Below, in pieces: positions 7,670 through 15,973 of a stretch of DNA of 64,000 nt; within the stretch, counting starts at the first letter, position 1; each line of letters begins with the position of its first letter. Under the pieces are notes generated by a model, which saw only the letters and a program-made list of their open reading frames with translations, did not search any database and was not told the origin of the DNA. Source of the DNA: an uncultured Oscillospiraceae bacterium (GTDB lineage: Bacteria; Bacillota; Clostridia; Oscillospirales; Oscillospiraceae); the NCBI GenBank assembly GCA_949878425.1, contig CATLAL010000006.1, positions 1,075-65,074 on the forward strand. Reading direction: 5' to 3'. The position numbers were made by a program, and so were the translations under genes.

Positions 7670-9998
7670 CGCTCCCCCCGAATACCTGCGCGGCGGCTCT
7701 GGCGGACTGGGCGGCGTCCCTGACGTAGAAGTCCGCGCCGATCTGGTTGGCGAAGTCCTGAGTGACGACGGCGCCGCCCACCATCACCTTACAGGGCGCG
7801 TCAGCGGCGCGGAGGGCCCGGATGGTCTCGGCGATGTTCTGGGCCGTGGTGGTCATGAGGGAGGAGAGCCCCACCAGTGGCGCTCCCGTCTCCAGGGCGG
7901 CCCGGACCACGGTCTCCGGCGCCACGTCCCGGCCCAGGTCGATGACGCGGTAGCCGTAGTTCTCCAGCAGCATCCCCACGATATTCTTTCCAATGTCGTG
8001 GACGTCGTTTTTCACGGTGGCCAGGAGAATAGTCCCCCTCTCCGCCGTCCCCTGGGGCATACGGCGGCGGAGGACAGCAAAGGCGGCCTTTACCGCCTCG
8101 GCGGAGGCCATCAGCTGGGGCAGGAACAGCGTGCCCTCCTCGTACAGCTCCCCCACACGGTCCAGAGCGGGGATGACGTATCCGTTGACCACCTCCAGGG
8201 GCGTCAGCCTCTCCAGAAGCGCCTCCGCGGCCGCCGGGGCCTCCGCCTTTTGTCCGCTGAGAATGAGGGCTTCCAAAGACTGTTCCGCGCTCCGGGCGGC
8301 CGGCTCCGAGGGGGCCGCCGCCTGCTGCTCCGCGATATAGGCGGCACAGCCCGGGTCCTCCCCCAGGAGCACCCGGGACGCGGCCAGGGTCTGGCGAATC
8401 TGCGAGGAGCCCGTGTTGACAATGGCCACGTCCAGCCCCGCCGCCAGGCACGCGGCCAGGTAGGCGCAGTTGAGGGCGTCCCGCCCCGGCAGGCCGTAGC
8501 TGACGTTGGACACCCCCAGGACCGTCCGGTATCCCGCCTGGCGGACCAGCCGGATGGCCTCCGCCGCGGCCAGCACCGGCGTCCGGCTGGCGGAGGCCGC
8601 CAGGGCCAGGCAGTCGATCAGGAGGCCGCCCCGGTCCACGCCGGCCTCCTCCGCCGCCCGGGCCGTTCGAATAGCGGTCTCGGCCCGCTCCTCCGGACTG
8701 CCGCTGATGCCGTCCTCGTCCAGGGCCAGCACAATGAGCCCGGTCCCGTACTTCACCGCCAGGGGCAAAATTTGCTCCAGGCTCTCCTGACAGCCGTTTA
8801 CGGAGTTGAGGACCGGCCGCCCCCGGCAGACCCGCAGGGCCCTCTCCAGAGCGGCCGGGTTGGAGCAGTCGATCACCAGCGGCAGGGGCGACACCCTCTG
8901 AATGGCCAGCACCAGCGCCGGCAGGGCCTCCGCCTCGTCGATGTCCGGCAGACCCGCGTTCACCACCAGGAAGTCCGCCCCCTCCCGCTGCTGGGCAATG
9001 GCGGCCTCCCCGGCCCAGTCCCAGTTCTTCTCCCGGAGGGCCCGGACCATCGCTGGCCGGCCCGTGGGGTTGATGCGCTCCCCCACCGTCCGTACGGACT
9101 CCAGGGACACGCCCCCCTGCCAGCCGCAGAGGCAGCTGGGCCCCGGCTCCCGCGCCTGCGCCGGCCCCCGGTCCTCCAGGACCCGGCGCAGCGCCCGGAT
9201 GTGGTCCGGACCCGCGCCGCAGCACCCCCCCAGGATGGACGCGCCGTCCGCTAAAAAGTCCCGGGCGCAGGAAGCGAACTCCTCCGGCCCCACGCTGTAG
9301 ACGGTGTCCCCGTCCACCAGCTGGGGCAGGCCCGCGTTGGGCTGGATGACCACCGGCAGATGGGTGGCCCGGAGGAACTCCCTCAGGACCGGCCGCAGCT
9401 CCCGGGGGCCCATGGAGCAGTTGATCCCCACCGCGCTGGCCCCCAGACTGGTGAGAGTGACGGCCGCCGCCGCCGGGTCCACCCCCAGAAAGGTGCGGCC
9501 GTCCCCGCCGAAGGTCATTGTCACAAAGACCGGCAGGCCGGTGCGCTCCCGGGCCGCCAGCAGAGCCGCCTTGGCCTCCAGCAGGTCGCTCATGGTCTCA
9601 ATGAGCACCAGGTCCGCGCCGGAGCGCTCCCCGGCCTCCACGATTTCCGCGAAGAGGCGGTAGGCCTCCTCAAAGGTCAGCTCCCCAAATGGCTCCATCA
9701 GCGCCCCCAGAGGGCCCACGTCCAGGGCCACACAGCGCTCCTCCCCCGCCGCTCTCCGGGCAAGGGCGATTCCAGCCGTGATGTAGGGCTCCGGGTCCTC
9801 CCCCAGCTTCCGGCGGCTGGCCCCAAAGGTGTTGGCGGTGAGGATATCCGCCCCCGCCTGGGCGTAGGCCCGGTGGACCGCCTCCACCGCCTCCGGCTTT
9901 GTCAGATTCAGCCGCTCGGGGGTGCCCTCCAGACCGGAGCGCTGGAGCAGAAAGCCCATTCCGCCGTCCAGCAGCCGGCAGTTCTCCACGCTTCTCAT
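7650..9998 (-). CDS. metH: Cobalamin-dependent methionine synthase, short form (Hcy-binding, pterin-binding and B12-binding domains; no C-terminal AdoMet activation domain)
   Basis: 782 aa. N-terminal homocysteine S-methyltransferase-like region (LDGGMG...ILTANTFGA), central pterin-binding region, C-terminal B12 motif (VKNDVHDIGKNIV...GLSSLMTT). Confidence 0.9.
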   Translation of the reverse strand: MRSVENCRLLDGGMGFLLQRSGLEGTPERLNLTKPEAVEAVHRAYAQAGADILTANTFGASRRKLGEDPEPYITAGIALARRAAGEERCVALDVGPLGALMEPFGELTFEEAYRLFAEIVEAGERSGADLVLIETMSDLLEAKAALLAARERTGLPVFVTMTFGGDGRTFLGVDPAAAAVTLTSLGASAVGINCSMGPRELRPVLREFLRATHLPVVIQPNAGLPQLVDGDTVYSVGPEEFASCARDFLADGASILGGCCGAGPDHIRALRRVLEDRGPAQAREPGPSCLCGWQGGVSLESVRTVGERINPTGRPAMVRALREKNWDWAGEAAIAQQREGADFLVVNAGLPDIDEAEALPALVLAIQRVSPLPLVIDCSNPAALERALRVCRGRPVLNSVNGCQESLEQILPLAVKYGTGLIVLALDEDGISGSPEERAETAIRTARAAEEAGVDRGGLLIDCLALAASASRTPVLAAAEAIRLVRQAGYRTVLGVSNVSYGLPGRDALNCAYLAACLAAGLDVAIVNTGSSQIRQTLAASRVLLGEDPGCAAYIAEQQAAAPSEPAARSAEQSLEALILSGQKAEAPAAAEALLERLTPLEVVNGYVIPALDRVGELYEEGTLFLPQLMASAEAVKAAFAVLRRRMPQGTAERGTILLATVKNDVHDIGKNIVGMLLENYGYRVIDLGRDVAPETVVRAALETGAPLVGLSSLMTTTAQNIAETIRALRAADAPCKVMVGGAVVTQDFANQIGADFYVRDAAQSARAAAQVFGGSGIHSFS

Positions 9999-10003
9999 GG
10001 CCG

Positions 10004-10279
10004 TCAGTTGATGGCCGCCCGGGCCCGGGCGTAGTCCCGGCGGTGGACGTAAATCGCGTAGCAGTAGTTGGGGGTGTCCACGGTGTCGGAGAAGCGCTGG
10101 GCCCCGTTGGTCCAGCTCATGCCCATCCGGGCGTGGACCATCCGGCCAAGGGAGCTCCCCATGCCCACCGTTTTTATTGTATAGGGGATGCCCTTTTCCC
10201 GCAGGATGGACCAGGTCCGGGCCGCCTCCTCGGCGGAGCTGTCCAGAATCAGCCGCTTCCGGTTGAAGATGGTGATCAT
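10004..10279 (-). CDS. Small hypothetical protein co-transcribed with metH
   Basis: Start chosen at MITIFNRKRLILDSS (ATG 10279) behind RBS aaaaaggaggga. The stop is 5 nt before the metH start. No motif recognised. Confidence 0.55.
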   Translation of the reverse strand: MITIFNRKRLILDSSAEEAARTWSILREKGIPYTIKTVGMGSSLGRMVHARMGMSWTNGAQRFSDTVDTPNYCYAIYVHRRDYARARAAIN

Positions 10280-10340
10280 GGGAACTCCCTCCTTTTTTCG
10301 TTTTTCAACAGGCTCCGATGCCGCTGTTTGCTCTGCTCCC

Positions 10341-10370
10341 ATTGTACCACATTTCCCCTGGGACTGCAAA
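10341..10370 (-). promoter_or_regulatory. Promoter candidate for the small ORF-metH operon
   Basis: Minus strand TTTGCA, 18 nt spacer, TACAAT with upstream TG (extended -10). Confidence 0.45.
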
Positions 10371-10495
10371 CTCTTTTGGGGGCGTTCCGGTTTCCCCGCC
10401 GCAAAAGCGGACGAATCCCCAGTCATTTGCCGGATTACACAAAAACGGGCCGGAAATTTTGGCGGCTGCCCAGAACGCCGCCCCGGATTTTTCTA

Positions 10496-10637
10496 TTGAA
10501 TTTTCCCGGACAGTCCGGTATAATAGAGACAACTTCATAGGGTGGTAGCTGTAACGGAGTGCTCTGCGCACGGGCTGCAACTATCGCTCAGGTCATGCTG
10601 GGTGTTTCAAACCAAAGGGTTTGAAACATTTTTTATT
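10496..10637 (+). promoter_or_regulatory. Promoter plus about 110 nt leader ending in an intrinsic terminator (unclassified riboswitch/attenuator candidate) upstream of ssnA-ygfK
   Basis: TTGAAT (10496-10501), 17 nt spacer, TATAAT (10519-10524). Terminator GTTTCAAACC-aaa-GGGTTTGAAAC (10604-10627) followed by ATTTTTTATT, about 40 nt before the ssnA ATG. Confidence 0.5.
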
Positions 10638-10676
10638 GGAAACCGGACGGATTCCATGGAAAAAGGAGGAACGCGC

Positions 10677-12017
10677 ATGTACATTCTGGCAAACGGCAGG
10701 CTCATCACCCGGGACGCCGCCCTCCCCTGCCTCCCCGACGGCGGCGTAGCCATCGACGGGGCCAAGATTCAGGCGGTGGGGACCACGGCGGAGCTGCGCT
10801 CCCGCTACCCGGAGGCGGCGTTCGTGGACGCCCGGGGCGGTGTCATCATGCCGGGGCTCATTAACGCCCACACCCACATCTATTCCGCCCTGGCCCGGGG
10901 CCTCAGCATCGAGGGCTACAGCGCCTCCAATTTTCTGGAGGTCCTGGAGGGCCAGTGGTGGAACATTGACCGCCATCTCACCCTGGCGGGCACCCGGGCC
11001 AGCGCCGACGCGCTGTACCTGGACTGCATCAAGCAGGGCGTCACCACCATCTTTGACCACCACGCCTCCTTCGGGGAGATCCCCGGCTCCCTGTTCCAGA
11101 TCGCGGAGAGCGCAAAGCGCTTCGGCATCCGCTCCTGCCTGTGCTACGAGGTCAGCGACCGGGACGGTCCGGAGAAGGCGGAGCAGTCCATCCGGGAGAA
11201 CAGGGACTGGCTGGACTACTGTGAGAAAACCCCCAGTGGCATGCTGGCAGCCATGTTCGGCGGACACGCCCTCTTCACCATCAGCGACAGCACCTTCGAG
11301 AAAATGGCGGAGGCCAACAATGGCCGCACCGGCTTCCACATCCACGTCTCCGAGGGCATGAACGACGTCTACGATAGCCTGCGAACCTACGGCCGCCGCC
11401 CGGTCCAGCGGCTCCAGGACCACGGCATTCTGGGGCCCCGGACCCTCCTGGGCCACTGCATCCACGTGAATACGGCGGAGATGGAGCTGATCAAAGAGAC
11501 GGAAACCATGTGCGTCAACAACCCGGAGAGCAACATGGGCAACGCCGTGGGCTGCTCCCCCGTCCTCCAGCTCATGCGGCGGGGCATCACCGTGGGCCTG
11601 GGCACCGACGCCTACACCAACGACATGCTGGAGAGCCTGAAGGCCGCCCTGGCCATCCAGCGGCACAGCGCCTGCCTCCCCAACGTGGGCTGGAGCGAGG
11701 TAACGGACATGCTCTTTAAGAACAACCCGGCCATCGCCGAGATGTACTTCGGCGTGCCCCTGGGGCGGCTCACCCCCGGCGCGGCGGCGGACGTGATCGT
11801 CATGGACTATAAGCCCTTCACCCCCTTCGACCACACCAATGCCGACGGCCATATCCTCTTCGGCATGACCGGCCGCCAGTGCCAGACCACCATCTGCAAC
11901 GGCAAACTCCTCATGAGGGACCGCCAGCTGTTGGATGTGGACGAGGAGGCGGTCAACGCCCATATCCTGGAGGAAGCTAAAAAGCTGTGGGGCGCGCTGA
12001 ACCACCGCGCCTATTGA
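10677..12017 (+). CDS. ssnA: Putative aminohydrolase SsnA (amidohydrolase superfamily)
   Basis: Start at MYILANGRL behind RBS aaaggagga. PGLINAHTHIYSALARG, GQWWNIDRHL and FDHHAS match my recollection of E. coli SsnA (HNHFYSGLSRG, NLWWRLDRAL, IDHHAS). Confidence 0.8.
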   Translation: MYILANGRLITRDAALPCLPDGGVAIDGAKIQAVGTTAELRSRYPEAAFVDARGGVIMPGLINAHTHIYSALARGLSIEGYSASNFLEVLEGQWWNIDRHLTLAGTRASADALYLDCIKQGVTTIFDHHASFGEIPGSLFQIAESAKRFGIRSCLCYEVSDRDGPEKAEQSIRENRDWLDYCEKTPSGMLAAMFGGHALFTISDSTFEKMAEANNGRTGFHIHVSEGMNDVYDSLRTYGRRPVQRLQDHGILGPRTLLGHCIHVNTAEMELIKETETMCVNNPESNMGNAVGCSPVLQLMRRGITVGLGTDAYTNDMLESLKAALAIQRHSACLPNVGWSEVTDMLFKNNPAIAEMYFGVPLGRLTPGAAADVIVMDYKPFTPFDHTNADGHILFGMTGRQCQTTICNGKLLMRDRQLLDVDEEAVNAHILEEAKKLWGALNHRAY

Positions 12018-12024
12018 TTTGGCG

Positions 12025-12196
12025 GCATACATTCTTTTTCTTTGTGAACAAAGAAAAAGAATCAAAAAGAAAAACTTTTTGCGCGAAACTACGTTTCGCT
12101 TGCGTTTTTATCCCGGTAAAAATATAGAGAAAGGCGTTAGCCTTTCGAGAAAAGTTCTTTTTGATACTTTTTCTTTTAAGAAAAAGTATGTATGCC
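12025..12196. repeat. Composite modular repeat unit (172 bp) between ssnA and ygfK
   Basis: GCATACATTCTTTTTCTTTGtgaaCAAAGAAAAAGAATCAAAAAG ... TTTGCGCGAAACtacGTTTCGC ... ATAGAGAAAGGCGttaGCCTTTCGA ... CTTTTTGATACTTTTTCTTttAAGAAAAAGTATGTATGCC. Same module order as 7439-7669. Confidence 0.75.
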
Positions 12197-12245
12197 GCGC
12201 GTATGCCTTCGCCCCGGCGGACAAATATGACAAGGAGGAACCACC

Positions 12246-15203
12246 ATGTCTGAACAGATGACCCCCATTCCCTTTCGGGAGCTGATGCGCTGGATCACCG
12301 CGGAGCACGAAAGGGAGGGTAGCGTCTTTGGCGTCTACCGCCCCTACCGGGCGGGGGGAAAGTCCCTGCCCATTTTTGGCGGGGAGCGGATCGAGACGCC
12401 CTTCGGCCCCGCCGCGGGGCCCAACACCCAGCTGGCGGAGAACATTGTGGCCGGCTACTTCGCCGGGGCCCGGTTCTTTGAGCTAAAGACCGTGCAGAAG
12501 CTGGACGGAGCGGAGCTGGCCGCCTGCATCAGCCGGCCCTGCATTCTGGCGGAGGACGAGTGCTACAACTGCGAGTGGTCCACGGAGCTGACCGTGCCCC
12601 AGGCCTTTGAGGAATACGTGAAGGCCTGGTTCGCCTGCAGGATACTCGCCCGTGTCTACGGTCTGGGCGACCCCGACGGCTTTGTCTTCAACATGTCCGT
12701 GGGCTACGACTTAGAGGGCATCCAAGGGCCCAAGCTCGACAAGTACCTCAATGAGATGCAAGACGCCTCCGCCACCCCCATTTTCCGGGAGTGCGTCCAG
12801 GTGCTCAGGGAGCTCTTCCCCGGCGAGTCCGATTTTATCGGCGCCATTCCGGGCCGGATCTCCGACAGCGTCACCGTCTCCACCCTCCACGGCTGTCCGC
12901 CGGACGAGATCGAGCGGATCGCCTCCTACCTCATTCGGGAGAAGCACCTGCACACCTTTGTCAAGTGCAACCCCACCCTGCTGGGGTACGAGTCCGCCCG
13001 GTCCATTCTGGACGCCATGGGCTACGGCTACGTGGCCTTTGACACCCACCACTTTGACGAGGACCTCCAGTACGCCGACGCCGTCCCCATGTTCCGGCGG
13101 CTCCAGGCCCTGGCGGACCGGGAGGGGGTGGAGTTCGGCCTGAAGCTCTCCAACACCTTCCCGGTGGACGTGAAAAACGGGGAGCTGCCCAGCGGGGAGA
13201 TGTACATGGCCGGCAGGAGCCTCTTCCCCCTGACCATCGAGATGGCCCGGCGGCTCAGCGGGGAATTCGGCGGAGCGCTCCGGCTGAGCTACTCCGGCGG
13301 CGCGGACTTCTTCAACGTGGATAAGCTCTTCCAGTGCGGCATCTGGCCCATCACCATGGCCACCACGGAGCTCAAGCCCGGCGGCTACCAGCGCTTCCTC
13401 CAGATCGCGGAGAAGCTGGAGGCGCTTCCCTTCCGGCCCTTTGACGGCGTGGACGCGGAGAGGACGGCGGAGCTGGCCCTGGCGGTCCGAAAGGACCCCC
13501 ACCACCTCAAGGCCGTTAAGCCGGCGCCCCGGCGGAAGCTGGAGGAGAAGGTCCCCCTGCTGGACTGCTTCACCGCCCCCTGCAAGGGCGGCTGTCCCAT
13601 CCGCCAGGACATCCCGGAGTACATGGAGCTGGTCCGGCAGGAGCGCTATGCCGATGCCCTCCGGCTCATCCTGGAGAAAAACCCCCTCCCCTTTATCACC
13701 GGCACCATCTGCGCCCACCGCTGCATGGACAAGTGCACCCGGAACTACTATGAGTCCTCCGTCCGGATTCGCGCCGTCAAGCTGCTGGCGGCGGAGCGGG
13801 GCTATGATCAGGTCCTGCCTGAGATCAAGCCGGCGGCCAGGCGTCCCGGCCTCCGGGCCGCCATCGTGGGCGGCGGCCCCACCGGCATGGCGGCGGCCCA
13901 CTTCCTGACCCGCGCCGGGGTGGAGACCACCCTCTTTGAGCGGGAGGAGACCCTGGGCGGCATTGTTCGCCAGGTCATCCCCGCCTTCCGCATCGGGGAC
14001 GAGGCCATTGAGCGGGACGCGGAGCTGCTGCGCCGCCTGGGCGCGGACATCCGCACCGGCCAGGAGGCCCCCGGCGTCCAGGAGCTGAAGGACCAGGGCT
14101 ACACCCACATCTTCCTGGCCGTTGGCGCGTGGAAAGCCGGGAGGCTCCCCCTGGAGGGCAACGTCCGGCCCGTCATCGGCTGGCTGAAGGACCTGAAGGC
14201 CGGGAGAGGCGTCCATCCGGGCCGGCATGTGGCGGTAATCGGCGGCGGCAACACCGCCATGGACGCCGCCCGGGCCGCGAAACGCCTGGAGGGCGTGGAG
14301 ACCGTCTCCCTGGTCTACCGCCGGACAAAGCAGTACATGCCCGCCGACGCCGAGGAGCTGGAGCTGGCCCTCGCCGAGGGCGTGGCGTTTCGGGAGCTGC
14401 TGTGCCCCGTCAGGCAGGCGGAGGGGAAGCTGCTGTGCCGGAAAATGGTCCTGGGCGAGCCGGACGCCTCCGGACGCCGCTCCCCCGTGGAGACGGAGGA
14501 GACCGTGGAGCTCCCCTGCGACACCGTCATCTCCGCCGTGGGCGAGGAGGTGGACGGGGACTTCTTCACCCGCCAGGGCGTGCGGCTGGACAGGCGGGGC
14601 CGCGCCCCCTTCTGCACCGGCATCCCCGGCGTCTACGCCGGCGGCGACGCCATGCGGGGCCCGGCCACGGTGGTGGAGGGCATCGCCGACGCCGCCCGGT
14701 TTGCCCGGGCGGTGCTGGGTGAGGAGCACGCCTATGCGCTCCCCCACGGCGCTCTGCCGGAGCGGCGGGACGCCCTGGCCAAAAAGGGCGTTCTGGCAGA
14801 GCCGGCGCTCTGCGAGGGGAGCCGCTGCCTCAGCTGCAACACCGTCTGCCAGCTCTGCGCCGACGTGTGCCCCAACCGGGCCAACGTGGCGGTGGCGCTG
14901 CCGGACGGCCGCGCCCAGATCCTCCACCTGGACCGCCTGTGCAACGAGTGCGGCAACTGCCTGGTGTTCTGTCCCTACGACAGCGCCCCCTACAGGGAGA
15001 AATTTACCCTCTTCCACCACCGGGCCGGGTTTGACGGCAGCCCGGACAATCAGGGCTTTCTGCCCCTGGGGGAGGGACGGGTCCTGGTCCGCCTGGCGGG
15101 GGAGGTCCGGGAGGAGGACATGAACGGCCCAAACAGCCTCCCGGCGGAGATCGATACGCTGATCCGCACGGTGCTCTCCCAATACCACTATCTCATTAGA
15201 TAA
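12246..15203 (+). CDS. ygfK: YgfK-like putative selenate reductase subunit / FAD- and Fe-S-dependent oxidoreductase
   Basis: 985 aa. N-terminus MTPIPFRELMRWI...GPAAGPNTQLAENIV...FELKTVQKLDG...AEDECYNCEWSTEL parallels E. coli YgfK. GGGPTGMAAA dinucleotide motif. C-terminal Cys clusters (CLSCNTVCQLCADVCP, CNECGNCLVFCP). Confidence 0.8.
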   Translation: MSEQMTPIPFRELMRWITAEHEREGSVFGVYRPYRAGGKSLPIFGGERIETPFGPAAGPNTQLAENIVAGYFAGARFFELKTVQKLDGAELAACISRPCILAEDECYNCEWSTELTVPQAFEEYVKAWFACRILARVYGLGDPDGFVFNMSVGYDLEGIQGPKLDKYLNEMQDASATPIFRECVQVLRELFPGESDFIGAIPGRISDSVTVSTLHGCPPDEIERIASYLIREKHLHTFVKCNPTLLGYESARSILDAMGYGYVAFDTHHFDEDLQYADAVPMFRRLQALADREGVEFGLKLSNTFPVDVKNGELPSGEMYMAGRSLFPLTIEMARRLSGEFGGALRLSYSGGADFFNVDKLFQCGIWPITMATTELKPGGYQRFLQIAEKLEALPFRPFDGVDAERTAELALAVRKDPHHLKAVKPAPRRKLEEKVPLLDCFTAPCKGGCPIRQDIPEYMELVRQERYADALRLILEKNPLPFITGTICAHRCMDKCTRNYYESSVRIRAVKLLAAERGYDQVLPEIKPAARRPGLRAAIVGGGPTGMAAAHFLTRAGVETTLFEREETLGGIVRQVIPAFRIGDEAIERDAELLRRLGADIRTGQEAPGVQELKDQGYTHIFLAVGAWKAGRLPLEGNVRPVIGWLKDLKAGRGVHPGRHVAVIGGGNTAMDAARAAKRLEGVETVSLVYRRTKQYMPADAEELELALAEGVAFRELLCPVRQAEGKLLCRKMVLGEPDASGRRSPVETEETVELPCDTVISAVGEEVDGDFFTRQGVRLDRRGRAPFCTGIPGVYAGGDAMRGPATVVEGIADAARFARAVLGEEHAYALPHGALPERRDALAKKGVLAEPALCEGSRCLSCNTVCQLCADVCPNRANVAVALPDGRAQILHLDRLCNECGNCLVFCPYDSAPYREKFTLFHHRAGFDGSPDNQGFLPLGEGRVLVRLAGEVREEDMNGPNSLPAEIDTLIRTVLSQYHYLIR

Positions 15204-15204
15204 A

Positions 15205-15254
15205 CAGCTGGGGCTCCGCCGCCGTCCGGTATGACGGCGGCGGAGCCCCAGCTG
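15205..15254 (+). terminator. Long perfect hairpin after ygfK
   Basis: CAGCTGGGGCTCCGCCGCCGTC-cggtat-GACGGCGGCGGAGCCCCAGCTG (22 bp stem). No clear T-tract. Confidence 0.55.
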
Positions 15255-15325
15255 TGCAAAAGCGGGAAAACTGCAAATTGACCTCCTCCCCTCCCCCGGG
15301 TATACTGGAGGCAGGAGGTGATTGG

Positions 15326-15747
15326 ATGGAACCCACACAGGCGCTGCACCGGACCGTGGAGGCGCTTCTGGCGGGGCTGGACTTCGGCGGGCTCTGGCCG
15401 GGCTTCCACCCCTTCCCCTTCGCCCTCCGCGTCGGCGGCCTGGTCTGCCTGGATAGCCGGCTCCAACAGGCGGATGGCCGCTTTCTGGGAAATACGGCCA
15501 TTCCATACAGGGGCGGCTTTCTGGCGCTCTGGAGCCTGGACGATGAGGCCGCGCCCCCGGACCCGGCGCGGCTGGCCGCAGACCTGGTCCACGAGATGTT
15601 CCACGCCTTCCAGCTTGAGCAGGGGAGGTCCGGTTCCCGGACGACCTGGAGGCCCTGGACTACCCCATGGACGCTCACAATTTCTCCCAAAAGCTGGCGG
15701 AAAACCGACTCCTGGCCCGACTGGGGCAGCCCTCCCCGCGCCCATAG
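15326..15747 (+). pseudogene. Frameshifted and truncated HExxH-motif (putative metallopeptidase-like) gene remnant
   Basis: MEPTQALHRTVEALL...LVHEMFHAFQLEQG, then a frame break near 15620. The +1 frame continues EVRFPDDLEALDYPMDAHNFSQKLAENRLLARLGQPSPRP and stops at about 15747. Confidence 0.45.
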
Positions 15748-15763
15748 TTGGCTCCCGGCCTGC

Positions 15764-15834
15764 CAAGAAAACTTTGCAACGCCTTTTGACAAGAAAACTT
15801 GGCGTGGTATAATCAGAATGTCAAGTAAACTTGG
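15764..15834 (+). promoter_or_regulatory. Promoter with three CAAG-N4-CTTG operator-like palindromes upstream of the XRE regulator
   Basis: TTGACA (about 15786-15791), 16 nt spacer, TATAAT (about 15808-15813). CAAGAAAACTTTG (15764-15776), CAAGAAAACTTGG (15790-15802) and CAAGTAAACTTGG (15822-15834) flank and overlap the -35 and the transcription start region. Confidence 0.45.
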
Positions 15835-15857
15835 CAATACAGGTCGGGAGGCGCGCC

Positions 15858-15973
15858 ATGGACAGAGATGAGATTTTGGCCAGGAGCTGGGACTGGCGGC
15901 GCTCTACATCCTCTTCGCCCTGTTTTTCGCCGGGATTTTCGTGCTGGAGCTGACGGGACTGCGCCGTGGATGA
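15858..15973 (+). pseudogene. Frameshifted small membrane-protein gene overlapping the XRE start
   Basis: RBS gggagg plus ATG 15858 gives MDRDEILARS, then runs out of frame. An alternate frame encodes the hydrophobic GLAALYILFALFFAGIFVLELTGLRRG, ending in a TGA that overlaps the GTG of the regulator (GTGGATGA). Confidence 0.3.

Noticed and set aside
10280-10495. Looked for an S-box/SAM or cobalamin riboswitch upstream of the metH operon.
   Set aside because: The predicted promoter is about 60 nt from the first start codon, and no conserved riboswitch core or terminator is seen on the minus strand.
12711-15506. Very long ORFs on the strand opposite well-supported genes: 12711..15506 - (931 aa), 19711..22008 + (765 aa), 7575..9254 +, 10593..12065 -, 47175..49100 -, 52740..54698 +, 62074..63660 -, 5..1420 +, 4847..6079 -, and others.
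   Set aside because: The translations are Arg/Gly/Pro/Ala/His-rich low-complexity strings without motifs, RBS or sensible starts. Each lies antisense to a gene with clear family signatures. This is the expected stop-codon-poor shadow-frame effect in GC-rich DNA.
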